From Octopus bimaculoides (lineage: Eukaryota), in contig NC_068981.1 in the NCBI RefSeq assembly GCF_001194135.2, positions 55,833,153 through 55,897,152 on the forward strand: a DNA stretch of 64,000 nucleotides. Reading direction: 5' to 3'. The position numbers and the translations under genes are program-made. Each line of letters starts with the position of its first letter. Position 1 is the first letter of the stretch. The notes below the pieces were generated by a model, which searched no databases, had not been told where the DNA came from, and saw only the letters and a list, made by a program, of their open reading frames with translations. Of the stretch, positions 1 to 11,120 are shown one piece after another.

Positions 1-247
1 CCTCTCTGTAACTTTCATAACCTGATCTAACAGCTTGATGCCTCTGTAATTATTTGTATCTAAAGTGTCACCTTTACCTTTGTAGCAGTTGACTATGATG
101 CTGCTACACCAGTCATTGGGTATGACTCCTTCGTGTATCACCTGGTTCGTAATACGGGTGACTAGGCTATAGCCAACACTTCCAGATATTTTGAGCATCT
201 CTGCAGTGATTCCTGATGGGCCGGGGGCTTTCCCGGTCTTCATACTC
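1..247 (-). mobile_element. RTE-clade LINE reverse transcriptase N-terminal fragment
   Basis: Minus-strand translation MKTGKAPGPSGITAEMLKISGSVGYSLVTRITNQVIHEGVIPNDWCSSIIVNCYKGKGDTLDTNNYRGIKLLDQVMKVTE; near-identical to ORF 60401..60847 in this window. Confidence 0.9.
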
Positions 248-373
248 TTTGTGCATATATAATTTTAAAATTGGATAAAATCTTTATAAGAATTTATCAA
301 GTAGTTAGTGTGAAAAACCTTATAAAGGAAAAATTCATTAATTATTCTCTTTAAACATATTTATTGATATTAA

Positions 374-944
374 GGGCATTACTATACATAAATGCCTCAA
401 GCTAGGAGGGACTCTTAAAGTCAAAACTACCATAATAAACATGTACCAAACACAAGGGAATGCAACTCTCAAAGCGAGCCTTTAAAAAACAGATTCAGCA
501 GCAGATCACATGATTTCATAATTAGTGCACAGAATGCACTTTTTTAATCGTTAGTGCAAGCATAATCAAGACACATGAAAATATATTCACTGATGAATTT
601 TATTCTGAATAAACACGTGTACTGAGATGCAATTCAAAAAGCCCACCTCTTACATAGATATATAAGTGTGAACAATTCTATGTACTATGCTGGATATATG
701 TGGTGTTTGTCTGGTATGTTGATTTTTTATTCATTTTTATGTCTTGATAATGCTTGCACTGACAATTAAAAAAAGTGCATTTTGTGCACTAATTATGAAA
801 TCATATGATCCACAGCTGAATCTGCTTTTTAAAAGACTTGCTTCGAGAGTTGCATTCCCTCGTGTTTGGTACAATGTGTTTATTATGGTAGTTTTGACTT
901 TAAGAGTCCCTCCTAGTGTGAGGCATTTATGTATAGTAATGCCC
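374..944. mobile_element. MITE with ~200-bp terminal inverted repeats and TTAA flanks (Kolobok-like termini)
   Basis: 374-572 is the reverse complement of 741-944 at roughly 90% by eye; TTAA at 370-373 and 945-948; termini GGGCATTAC...GTAATGCCC. Confidence 0.8.
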
Positions 945-953
945 TTAATATAT

Positions 954-1047
954 NNNNNNNNNNNNNNNNNNNNNNNNNNNNNNNNNNNNNNNNNNNNNNN
1001 NNNNNNNNNNNNNNNNNNNNNNNNNNNNNNNNNNNNNNNNNNNNNNN
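954..1047. other. Assembly gap
   Basis: Run of N. Other gaps: 23754-23858, 26631-26640, 31707-31864, 59008-59107, 61352-61888; most abut microsatellites. Confidence 1.
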
Positions 1048-1569
1048 ATATATATGCCTAATTTTGGGCATGTGATATGTTCTAGTATAATTATGTGTGT
1101 AGCAGAAAGCAATGTTTAAGATATTTGGGCAGTACCCTTTTTGGGGAAGAACTATATCGATATTATCATCTGATTAGAACTGAATTATTTGGTATGTAAT
1201 TTTGTCAATATTATATGAAAGAAGCCTAACATCTATTACTGTTTTTAAAGGTTTTAATTTTGTATTATAAGGAGGGATGTAACTGAAAATTGTTCCAATT
1301 ACATGTATGAAGATTGTGTTTTGGTGCTGTTCAAAGTTACTAATTTTTATATGTCCCTTGTGGAAGATGTTTTTAAGTTTCTTATTTGTAAAAAGACTAA
1401 TGTGTCTTGGTGTGAGGTGTCTATATTTCATGTGTATGTGGGATGTCATTTCATGGGGATATGGGATGTCAGCTGCATAAGAGTGCATGTGTGATTAAAA
1501 GAAACAACAGGTAGGTCATTAGTGTTGAGAAGAAAAAAATGTGTGAGATAAAAATAGACTTCGATTTAC

Positions 1570-1950
1570 TAAAGTTACTGGAATGTGTATTGGAGTATGC
1601 CATTAAAGCACACAGTATTGTAGTAGTCTGATAGGAAACTTCTGATCCAAGAGAGACAGCTGAAGCACAAAGATGAATAAATTAACAAGAAGTTTCTCAT
1701 GCCAGACACTTTGAAGGTTTTATTGATGTCAAAGACATCATTATTTTACCCAAAGTTTTCAATGTCAAGGAATCTCATAGTCACTGGAAGACCTCTAAGA
1801 GGGAAGAGAGATTCAGAATCAGGAAGAAAGTATATATATATATTTTTTTCAGACTGTTCCATTATGATATCTTCTTCATGAAGCATATTTTCAGCAGCTT
1901 GGACAGAACCACCAAGAATGGAATTGAGTAACCTGATGTATTTTGTCATC
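1570..1950 (-). mobile_element. Degenerate Jockey/CR1-like LINE RT fragment
   Basis: Frameshifted minus-strand motifs DVFDINKTF / SVWHEKLL / LSWIRSFLSDYYNTVCFNG resemble LDISKAFD.VWH..LL...WI.SFLSDR..V..NG. Confidence 0.6.
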
Positions 1951-2196
1951 CATTCCTTATGCCATTAAGATCTTTTATTGATTATGTGGCTTTTTTTTTT
2001 AATCATTTAAGTGATACATTCCTAATCTAAAATGTGACATTAACTGATGACCAGATATAAGACACAGTTATTAAATGATATCACATGAATAACTGCTTGG
2101 TCCATGTCTCCTCCACCTCCTCCTCCATCATATACATACACATACATACATACATACATACATACATACATACATGTAAATAGATAGATAGATATA

Positions 2197-3656
2197 CCGT
2201 AAATCCTCAAGTATAGTCCACCCTTGAGTATAATACGCAGCGGATTTTTAGGGGGGCTGTACTTCTGAAAAACCTAAACCTTGTGTATAATACGCACCCC
2301 TTCTCTAACTTGAGTCAAGGAGGTCTATATAATGTCCTTGGTTTGTAAACATATTTACGGTAACATCCTTTATTATCATTGTATATATAACATAATGCAA
2401 ACGTGTAGCATTTTTGTGAGCTTCGTTTGCAGAAAATAAAGAAATAACAGTAATAACGTCAGTGAAAAATAAATATTAAGTAAATTGTCTTTACATATTT
2501 ATCACTATCAGTTACAAAAGCAAAAGCAAAAACATTTATTCAAATCCTTCAAATTCAACGTCACTTTCAGCATCATATAACTGTTCCATTTGTTCCTCCG
2601 TAAACATACCAGCACCATTGTAGTGTAAATCTCCGTCATCATCAGATTCATAGTCAACATCAAAAGATTCACTTTCATTTATTTCATCTTTCCACACAAT
2701 GTTATCCTGAGTACCATCCAGTGCAGACAATATACAACATTTGATAAAACTTTTCACAATAATCTGGGGATCAAGTTCATTTCATGCATACACGATCCAC
2801 ATGCATATCAAAGTCAGGTCGGGAGCGCGAACCCTTCCACCTTTAGTGAACGACTTTTCTCCAGTCGACATCCATTCAGTCCATAAATCATGCAATTTGT
2901 TTTTGATCGGTTTGTTAATAGAGACATCTAATGGCTGCAATATGGAGGTCATATCCCCTGGAATGATAGCAACATCTGTTTTGTGACGTTTTTTTAAATG
3001 CTTCAGTTTATCTTCACTTCTGTGGCATCTAAAAACATCTAGTACAAGCAAGCTGTTGTGCTGTTTAATTGCTCCACCAAGACGATTTTCCCATACAGTG
3101 TCAATCCAATCTCTAAATAATTCATCATCCATCCAGCCTTTTTGTTGAGATCTAACAATAATCTCTGTTGGAAATTCTACGTTTTTGGGTGCTGTTTTAC
3201 GTTTGAATATTATATAAGGTTTAAGTTTGGTACCGTCAACCATACAAGCTAACATGATGGTAAAACGATTTTTTCAAGTGGCCCGTAATTTTAATTGTAA
3301 TTGACGATGTACCACTGAAATCTATTGTGCTATCTGCAAGCATATCAAAAGTTAATATGTTTGCAAATTGTTTTTGTTACATGTTATTCTGTGTTCTGAA
3401 TACTCTTATTTTAACGTTGCTTACTACAAGTTATGGATGATTCTTTTATGACTTCACTGCTTTCAGGCTTAGCTTAAAGTATTTTCGCGCCCGGCATCAC
3501 AAAATGCACCTGAATAAACATTGCTGGACAGCAAATTGAGACTCGGACATTGCTTAGAAAATATTTTTCAGTTTTAACCTCGTATATAGTACGCACTAGA
3601 GATTTTGACCTTTAAATTTTGGGAAAAAAATCTGGATTATACTCGAGGATTTACGC
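2197..3656 (-). mobile_element. pogo/Tigger-family DNA transposon, internally deleted (1460 bp)
   Basis: 24-bp TIRs ccgtaaatcctcaagtatagtcca (2197-2220) and tggattatactcgaggatttacgc (3633-3656), 21/24 match; TA at 2195-2196 and 3657-3658; encodes a DDE_1 transposase remnant. Confidence 0.92.
2536..3340 (-). pseudogene. pogo-type DDE_1 transposase remnant
   Basis: MLACMVDGTKLKPYIIFK..GWMDDE..LLVLDVFRCH..IPGDMTSILQPLDVSINKPIK; ORFs 2782..3255 and 2536..2757 share a frame and are split by one stop; acidic C-terminal tail; no N-terminal HTH. Confidence 0.9.
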
Positions 3657-4514
3657 TAGATGTAAATATACATGAGCATACATATATAAATACACACATG
3701 TATGTGTGTGTATGTGTCTAATGATCTAATTAAGTCATTGTAATGATTCTGGTATAATTTGCGGCAAAAATTCACAGCGCTTACTCGAGTAGGATGTAAA
3801 TTAAAGATGCTATTATTGTCAACCAGTCCATATCATTTGACAAATACTTTGAAAGGTGGCTTACATTTTTATCCTTTAAAAGCTTAAAAAGAATCTAGGG
3901 CTTGTTCATAGATCTGGTTTTGATAACATTAAAGTTACTAACAATAATTGTACCGTGAAATAGGATGCCAGTCCTATTTCATGGTATGTCTGGTATTTCC
4001 AAATGATATTGTACATCTTCATTCTCCTCCTCCATATCATCCCTGTCATCATCATTTTACTTCTGCTTTTCTGTACTAGCATAGATTGGATAGGCGTGTT
4101 GTTATTTGGAATCACTGCTGTTCTGGATGAACTGGAAGCCATGACTCACTCATGAACTCAGTTCTGCATGTTTTCTACAGTTGGATGCCCTTCCTATTGC
4201 CTTCCACTTTTCAGAGTATGTTGAATACATTTTATTGTAGTTTTTGCACTCAGGAAGTTGTCATAATCTCAACAATACTAAAGAGCACTGTTTATTCACC
4301 AACCAATTTACAGAGTATACAGGGTTCAATTACTTATTTCAGATAACTATCTCTCTCTTTCTCTCTCTCTTTTCTAGCTGACGTAGTCATGTATCTCCTC
4401 AGTAAAAAGACACCTGTTTTTATGCTTCTATTATACTTTAACCTCTCATCAACTATCACAAAGCCACCTCCCTCAATACTACTTCCCATATCAGTTCAGT
4501 TGTCTTTGCCTGGC

Positions 4515-4742
4515 AAGTTGTTTGATGTCCTCACCAGTCTGGTGCCATGTAAAAAGCATCAAGTAGATTCTGTAAAGTGGTTGGTGTTAGGAAGGGGATC
4601 CAGTTGTGGAAACTGTTAAAGCAGACAGTAGAACATGGCTTGCCACCTCTTGTCAAATCATTCAACTCATGCCAGTATGTAAAGCAAATGTTAAATGATG
4701 ATAATGAAGAGGATGATGATGATGAGGAGGAGGATGATGTAT
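4515..4742 (+). mobile_element. SINE/LINE-tail repeat fragment ending in (GAT)n
   Basis: Shares gtaaaaagca..gttaggaagggg..catgccag..gttaaatgatgat with the copy at 17075-17595. Confidence 0.7.
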
Positions 4743-4839
4743 GTGTACTTGAGTATTATGTATTTGCAGGTGAAAGTGTGTATGTTTGTATCTCCATGTT
4801 TTGACATTGTGTGATAGTTGCAAACAATTATCACTGTCA

Positions 4840-5100
4840 TACATATTACAGTGCTCTGTCCCTTCCAGGGCTATCTTATACACTCCTGTCTCCCTAAAAT
4901 CTCCTCTCCAAATCACTGTATCATGCCAGCTGGCCTAGGTATTCTGGACACCCTTTCCTCCGCTACTTATATCCTGGTACTGTCCCTTCTTCCATCCTTC
5001 ATGACCCTTGAATGGAAAAGTGTGCAACCACACTCTCGCATATGTAACTTCCTCGCCCTCAGTCTTCTGTCACAATGCTCTCTTCTGAATACCTTGGGCT
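4840..5100 (-). mobile_element. Degenerate RTE-like LINE C-terminal fragment
   Basis: Minus-strand remnant resembling GHV.RM...R.PR.A...GRR.RGRP..W. Confidence 0.45.
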
Positions 5101-5160
5101 TGTTACTTTGAGAATCTCCTCCTCCTCCTCCTCCCAACTGCTGCTGCTGTCATTGTTGCC

Positions 5161-5161
5161 G

Positions 5162-5205
<44 letters not shown>
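5161..5205. repeat. (CTA)n microsatellite
   Basis: Direct observation. Confidence 0.95.
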
Positions 5206-5206
<1 letters not shown>

Positions 5207-5369
5207 TTTTGCATTCTCTGTCATTCTTTCCACTACCACTCCTTCCAACAATAAATCCATTCATTTTAGCATTCTGCGACTTCTTTCAGCACTTCACCTA
5301 AAGTCGTCATTCTTTCTCCTATTCTCTCATTCACAGAGGCTTATTTTGCCAAGTAACTTACAGGGTGAT

Positions 5370-5572
5370 ATCACTAGCACTAGTACTGGTGGCATGCAAA
5401 AATCACCCAGTATATTCTCTGAAGGTTGGCATTAAGAAGGGCATCGAACCGTTATAAAGTATATTAAACTGAGATATTGAAACAAGATGGCGTCTGCTGA
5501 CCTATTGGATCCTGTCAAATAGTTCAACCGATGCCAGCATGGAAAATGGATGTAAAATGATGATAATGATGT
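5370..5572 (+). mobile_element. SINE 3' half with (GAT)n tail
   Basis: ggttggcattaagaagggcatc..gatgccagcatggaaaatggatgtaaaatgatgat. Confidence 0.7.
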
Positions 5573-5926
5573 GTGTGATTGTGAAAGAGAGAGAGAGAGA
5601 GTATATTCCCATTGTCTGAATATGTGTGCACTGATAGTAAGCAAAACATCACCATTCATACAAATGCTGTCGTTTGTTCGCAGCCCTCTGCAAAATCACG
5701 TCTGGGCTTCTTCACATTGCTTGACTCCTGCCCACTGAGTGAAAGCAAAACACCTATGTTCGGTTGTCTGTGCAAGCATGTTTAAGTTGCTCAGTGATCA
5801 ATAGGCTGAGAGAATTATTACCTTGCTTGGAAACAAGTGAGGAGTGGTAACAGGAAGGTAACCTGGCTATAGAAAACTCTGCTTCAAAGAACGCTCGATA
5901 AACATGGAAAAAGTGATAGCATCTTA

Positions 5927-6210
5927 TCAACTTAATGTGACAGTCCCATAAAAGGGAAGAATGCTACTGTTATTTAGCCCTAGGAAACACCTTTTCCTGT
6001 TGGACTTGACACATTTCCCGTGTCCTTATGTTTTCAAAGTGGAGACAAACAGCTCCACGCAGCAAAACCAGCATCCACAGACTGATGATGAGCAATGGCT
6101 CTGAAACATAAGGACACAGGAAATGTGTCAAGTCCAACAGGAAATGGTGTTTCCTAGGGCTAAATAACAGTAGCATTCTTCCCTTTTATGGGACTGTCAC
6201 ATTAAGTTGA
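5927..6210. mobile_element. Fold-back MITE: 107-bp inverted arms around a 70-bp spacer
   Basis: 5927-6033 vs reverse complement of 6104-6210 shows 2 mismatches; TTAA at 5932-5935 and 6202-6205. Confidence 0.9.
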
Positions 6211-6519
6211 CAACATACTAACACTTTATCATGCTGCTACTGCATAAATTTCTCTGAGAGATTTAGAAATATATTATTTCTATAAACATGGAAAAGTAGA
6301 CGTTAAAATGATGATGACAATGACGATATATGTATAAGTGTATAAATATATATGACAAATCTCAGTGAAGTTAATATTTGCACACTGTAATCATGATATA
6401 TTGGTGTTACCCTGTTTAGATTTATGGTTAAGATTAGCTAGGTTCATACTTATATTAGCAAACTGGTTCAGTCAACTGTCTTAGTATTGGAACATAGAAA
6501 TGATTAGACAGGATATCCA

Positions 6520-6900
6520 CATTGAGTCTATTGAGTAAACCGATAGAATTTATTTTGTGCTTGTTGGTAAAATATAGATATAAGTTTCTTTTGGGTATAA
6601 CTGGTTCAATACTCATTAAATCTTTCAACTATACTCCCATCTGTCCCCTCCGCATAAGATTTTTTAAAAATGCGCACTATTCTTCTTGCTACATTATATG
6701 GTGTACTATAATAACTTATTTTGCAGTTGATATGTGAGTTTGTCAAAGACGTAGGACAGACTGAAGATCTATCTGATAGATCTATCCTTTCCTTCACTAT
6801 TTTTTCCACTTTATTAGTAGGATTAGTTTTTCAGAGGATTTCCTTAAATATATTTCACTGTTGGGTGTGGCATCTACAAATAACATGTTATCAAACTTAA
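6520..6900 (-). mobile_element. Possible Penelope-like RT thumb/linker remnant
   Basis: PTNKVEKIVKE..KISYYSTPYNVARRIVRIFKK loosely resembles PLE GYP..I..I..IIWFNPPY..VATNIG.TFLK. Confidence 0.35.
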
Positions 6901-6952
6901 TGTTATTGGATCATGTTCTGGCATTAAGCTATTTTGATATTTTCTTTAACTA

Positions 6953-7092
6953 AAGTGGTGAGCTGGCAGAATCGTTAGCACAATGGGTGAAATGTTTAGT
7001 GGCATTTCTTACATTCTGAGTTCAAATTCCACCAAGATCGACTTTGCCTTTCATCCTTTTGAGTTAAGATAAGTACCAGTTGAGTACTGAGT
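6953..7092 (+). mobile_element. tRNA-derived SINE, 3'-truncated at the gypsy fragment
   Basis: gagctggcagaatcgttagc..gagttcaaattcc..ttcatccttt..aagtaccagttg, matching the copy at 12657. Confidence 0.85.
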
Positions 7093-7838
7093 CAAATATA
7101 ATCACCAATGCCTCTTTTTCAATTTGGCTATAATTTTTTTCCACTGGCAATAGTGTCCTTAATACGTGAGCTATGGCCTTTTGGCTGTTGTCTTTACATT
7201 TGTGTAGGAGTACAGTATATATCCCGTACTCATTAGCATCTGTTGCCAGTATTGTTTCCAATTTTGGGGCCTAAAGACAGGTGTTGCCTTTTCTTTTATC
7301 GCGATCCTCACTTTTATCTTAGTGCAACAGCCTAATCTTTCCAAAAAAAACATTTGGAAACAATTTTTAATGTTTTGTCTCAATTGTTTGACTTCATTCA
7401 AACTTTTTAACCATGCCGACTACATTTTCACAGAGAACACTAATGGGGGTATTCCACATTTTAAATAACTCCATGCATTTTGTGCCAGATAGGTTTAGTG
7501 ATTTTTTTTCAATACATAATTGATTATTCTTTTTGTTTCACCTTGAAAAGTTACGTTGCAAATACATTCGCCAATGAAATATGATTTCCTTCTTGTAACA
7601 CCATATGCTACTTTATTTGATTTAAATAATTTCAGCTTACCGATTTGTCACCATGTTTCTTCATTTATGATAGTGATGTCACTACCTGTGTCCAATTGCA
7701 TTTTGACACTAGTGGTTTCGATTCTTACCTTGATGAATTTTCTGTTCATTGCACATGCTTTCTTCTCTGATGACAAACTATTTTTACTTGTTTGGTCCAA
7801 TTTTTTGTCATCTTAGTCTTGCAATGCAATTTAATGTG

Positions 7839-8720
7839 TCATGTGTTCCCACAATGAAAACACTTCGCTTTTTTGAATGGACACTCTTTTCTCAGGTGCC
7901 TACCACCACATGCCATACATAGGTCTATCTCCTGATATATAGTGTGCTTTTTGTGAAATATTTTATCTGTCTTCCAACATTTTTGCACTGGTTTTATCTG
8001 TAAACAATCTCTGTGTTGGATTTCTTCTGTGTTGTGCCTTTCTTTTAATATCCTATTGCACACTTCTGATAATTTCTGGAGAGTTATAACCTGGTTCATT
8101 TTCAGCTTTGCGCGAATTTTTGTTCTGACTTCTGTGTCCTTTTTAACAATAAGCCCTTCAGCAAAAATTAGGCATTTGAACGAGTCTGGAGTTAGTTTAT
8201 CCAGTTTAAATCTCTTGCACTCTCTGTTCACTCTACCTGCATATGTGGTAAAGTCTTTGTCATTGCTTTTCTCAGTGTTCAAACACTTCCAGTGTGTGTT
8301 GAACAACAATGTTTTTTCACTAAATATCTTACATAAAATGTCAATTGTATCCATGAAATTTATGTCAGAAACTTTTTTAGGCAATAAAAAGTTAGAGTAT
8401 TTCTTATGCTCTATTGTCACTAGTTTCTTCAGAATTAGACACGTTTTCATTTTGTCCATCCAGTCTTGGCATTCTTTTTCGAAAATTTGTTCAAATCTTT
8501 GGTAAAATGCCTCAAAAATTATTCCTTCTTCTGGGTCATATTTAATTTCATTTATTGAATTTGCTACATGGTCTGGCAAAAACGTATTTTCCGGTTTTGT
8601 TACCAACTTCATTAGTTGTAGCATTTGTTTCTGTAACATTTGTTGTTGTTCTTGTTGTTCTTTGAGTTGTTGTTGTTGCTGTTTTTGCAACTCAACTAAA
8701 CCCTGTATCAAGTTTTCCAT
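7839..8720 (-). CDS. gypsy Gag-like ORF (293 aa)
   Basis: Gln-rich coiled-coil N-terminus, FEAFYQRFEQIF..DFTTYAGRVNRECKRF core, C-terminal CMACGGRHLRKEC and CFHC. Confidence 0.85.
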   Translation of the reverse strand: MENLIQGLVELQKQQQQQLKEQQEQQQMLQKQMLQLMKLVTKPENTFLPDHVANSINEIKYDPEEGIIFEAFYQRFEQIFEKECQDWMDKMKTCLILKKLVTIEHKKYSNFLLPKKVSDINFMDTIDILCKIFSEKTLLFNTHWKCLNTEKSNDKDFTTYAGRVNRECKRFKLDKLTPDSFKCLIFAEGLIVKKDTEVRTKIRAKLKMNQVITLQKLSEVCNRILKERHNTEEIQHRDCLQIKPVQKCWKTDKIFHKKHTIYQEIDLCMACGGRHLRKECPFKKAKCFHCGNT

Positions 8721-8907
8721 AATTTTTCAGATTTTTCGTAAGATATATACAACAAAAATGTTTGTTACTCCTCTGTTGAGTTTTTAATTTCTCCACAAGG
8801 AAATGTTTTCAACATCATCTGCATGAATTGTTTATTTTCTTAGGAAAAAAAAAATTTAATTTATGTTCAACATAGTCCACATGAATTGTTTATATCCTTG
8901 TTGCCAC

Positions 8908-9235
8908 TGTTATAATGTGGATCCACTTGTATACTGCTGTCGATGCTGTAATATTCTCATTGCCACTGTTATGTTGTGGTGGTATTCCACATCTTATTAT
9001 CTTTGACTCATCTATTGTGCTATCGCTGAGAGCTCCACAAGACAATGACTTTGAAATGTCTACCTTGATGGTAACTCGAACTGGTATATATCATGTAACT
9101 GGCACTATTTCCAACTGAGAACTCATACAATGACTCTACTATTACTGATCTCCTACAACGACTGACTGTCTGACTTTATAGTGGATTTCTCATACCACTT
9201 TGTTACATAGGAAGATGTGTACCATTTTCACTACA
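8908..9235 (-). repeat. 5' LTR (328 bp)
   Basis: Minus strand begins TGTAGTG and ends TATAACA; immediately followed by PBS-like GTGGCAACAAGGAT (8894-8907). Confidence 0.8.
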
Positions 9236-9319
9236 ATAATATCCTTCCTTATACAAAATAGCAGCAGGAAATAATAGCAAGAGTAAAAAAATTTTGGAAA
9301 AAAAAATGTCCTACAGTTA

Positions 9320-10060
9320 GAGAAGATATTTATAGAGACAATATGCCATTAATACGGTGAAATATGAACAGGCATAAACTTGATAGCTTTAAGAAGGACC
9401 TAATAAAGTTAATTGGCAAATTAGAATTACATATTACTGTGAACACTAAATCTTACTGAATTTAGGTTTTTAGACAACATTCTGAATCTTGACATGAATA
9501 AATTTAGATTGTATTATAAGCATAGTGAGAAATACTGTTATATGAAGGAGAGTTCTAATTCCCCACCTGTCATTTTACCTAATTTAGTTGTGGCTCATCA
9601 TATTCATCAACATGTTCACAAGTGTTTCTCATTATTATAACACAGCTCTCGAAATCTGGACTCTCTGAGAAGATATCTAATGTCTTGTAGCTCAGGAACA
9701 AGTTTGATCTACCATTTTCCGGTAAATCAGAAATATAAAATCTTCAAACAAAATTGTATTAAAGTGAGCTATTCTGGATGTAAAAAAAATTTGTTAGTTT
9801 CATCAGAATTTACAGCGCTAAATGGATCTCTAACCTTTCTGCAATAATATCAGTCTGGATAATTACTTTCTGTAAAGTAGTTGCTAAGTGAAATAATTTG
9901 TACTAGTGGGACCCGTGAATATTTCATGGAATTAATGATAAACTTATTGGGTTATTTCTGAAAACTCTGTCCAAAAAACTTGAACATGTAGCCTGTTATG
10001 TCTGTATCAAAAGATAGTTGCTTATCTGCTAATCATTCAAAAGTGAAGGAAATTGGAATA
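9320..10060 (+). mobile_element. Penelope-like element RT and linker remnant
   Basis: IYRDN (GLYRDD), ITVNTNLTEFRFLDNILNL, YMKESSNSPP (YIH..SNHPP), YNTAL.SGLSEKIS, HFPVNQKYKIFKQNCIKVSYS; many stops and frameshifts. Confidence 0.75.
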
Positions 10061-10369
10061 CAATGATTACTTAATGCACTTTATATACTTTATGCACAAT
10101 TTTATAGACTTAATGCACAGCACTCTCCCTCTTTCTCTCTAATTCTTTGCCTTACCCACTTTTTCTCTCTCCTTTTTCTTTCACTCTTCACTTTTCCCTT
10201 CAACTAATCACCTGAAAGTATTACAGATGGATTAAATAACAGAGGAAAAAAACTTAGTTAAAAAATTACACATTTCACTCACCACCACCTCTTCCTCTCT
10301 CCCCTCCCCACCCCTTCAACTAATCACGTGGAAGTGTCATGGATGGGCTAAGTAACAGGGGAACATGCA

Positions 10370-11076
10370 GAATTATTATAAGATACTACACTAAAATATA
10401 TTTGAGCTATGGCTTGAAACCAATGTCATATATTAGATTGTCTGAGCATAATTTTAAAACTCAGATTTACCAGCATTCTGATGATAATTCTTAGCTTCTC
10501 AAGCCATGCATCCAACCTTTTACTAACTGCTCCCAGTACACCAACCACGATTGGTGCCACTTCTATGTGCCTGATTCTCTATAGTTTCCTGATTTCCCAC
10601 TTTTGCTCCTGGTATTTCTCCACTTTCCCATTTTCCTTTCCATTTATCTTGTGACCCCACAGTGAAGGAATATCCACAATAATTGCTTTGTTCTTTTCTA
10701 TGACAACAACGTCAGGTTTTCTCTCCATAATAATATGGTCACACTCGATGATCATGTCCCTCAAAATCTTATATTGTTTGTTTTCAGCAACCATTTTTGG
10801 TTTGTGCTGGTACCATTTCTCACTTCTGTTCATGTCATGCTTATGACAGAACTCCCAGTGAACCAATCTGGCAATTTTGTTGTGCCTTTTCTTGTACACT
10901 ATATGTGCAAGCATCTTACATCCACTAATAATGTGATTTATTGTTTTACCTTTCTCACTACACAACCTGCAAAGTGGAGAAGTCACTGACTCATCAAGAT
11001 TGAACTTGATATAGTTTGTTTTCAGTGCCTGTTCTTGGGTTGCGAAGATAAGGGTTTTCACAATTTGTGACAACAA
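10370..11076 (-). mobile_element. R4/Dong-like non-LTR retrotransposon C-terminus (CCHC zinc finger and restriction-like endonuclease)
   Basis: ORF 10579..11076: LIFATQEQAL..CRLC..INHIISGC..KRHNKIARLVHW..RKPDVVVIEK..IIVDI; continues after a frameshift as VAPIVVGVLGAV. Confidence 0.9.
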
Positions 11077-11120
11077 TAAAAGAGACCTGAAAATTTATTC
11101 TCAATAAACATTTATAACAT

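Larger units (their letters stand above)
7090..9235 (-). mobile_element. Ty3/gypsy (Mag/K02A2.6-like) LTR retrotransposon, 5' part, internally deleted
   Basis: 5' LTR, PBS-like site, gag with Cys/His knuckles, protease LDTGSDIT (~7673-7701), then RT start KEKATPVFRP joined directly to RNase H ILATDANEYGI..KNYSQIEKEAL. Confidence 0.9.

Noticed and set aside
585-630. Hammerhead-like ctgatga..aaacacgtgta in the MITE spacer
   Set aside because: No GAAA (G12 missing) and weak stems; a chance match cannot be excluded
3906-4142. MASSSSR.. ORF with an acidic patch in another frame (piggyBac-like N-terminus?)
   Set aside because: No catalytic motif or terminus found to support the call
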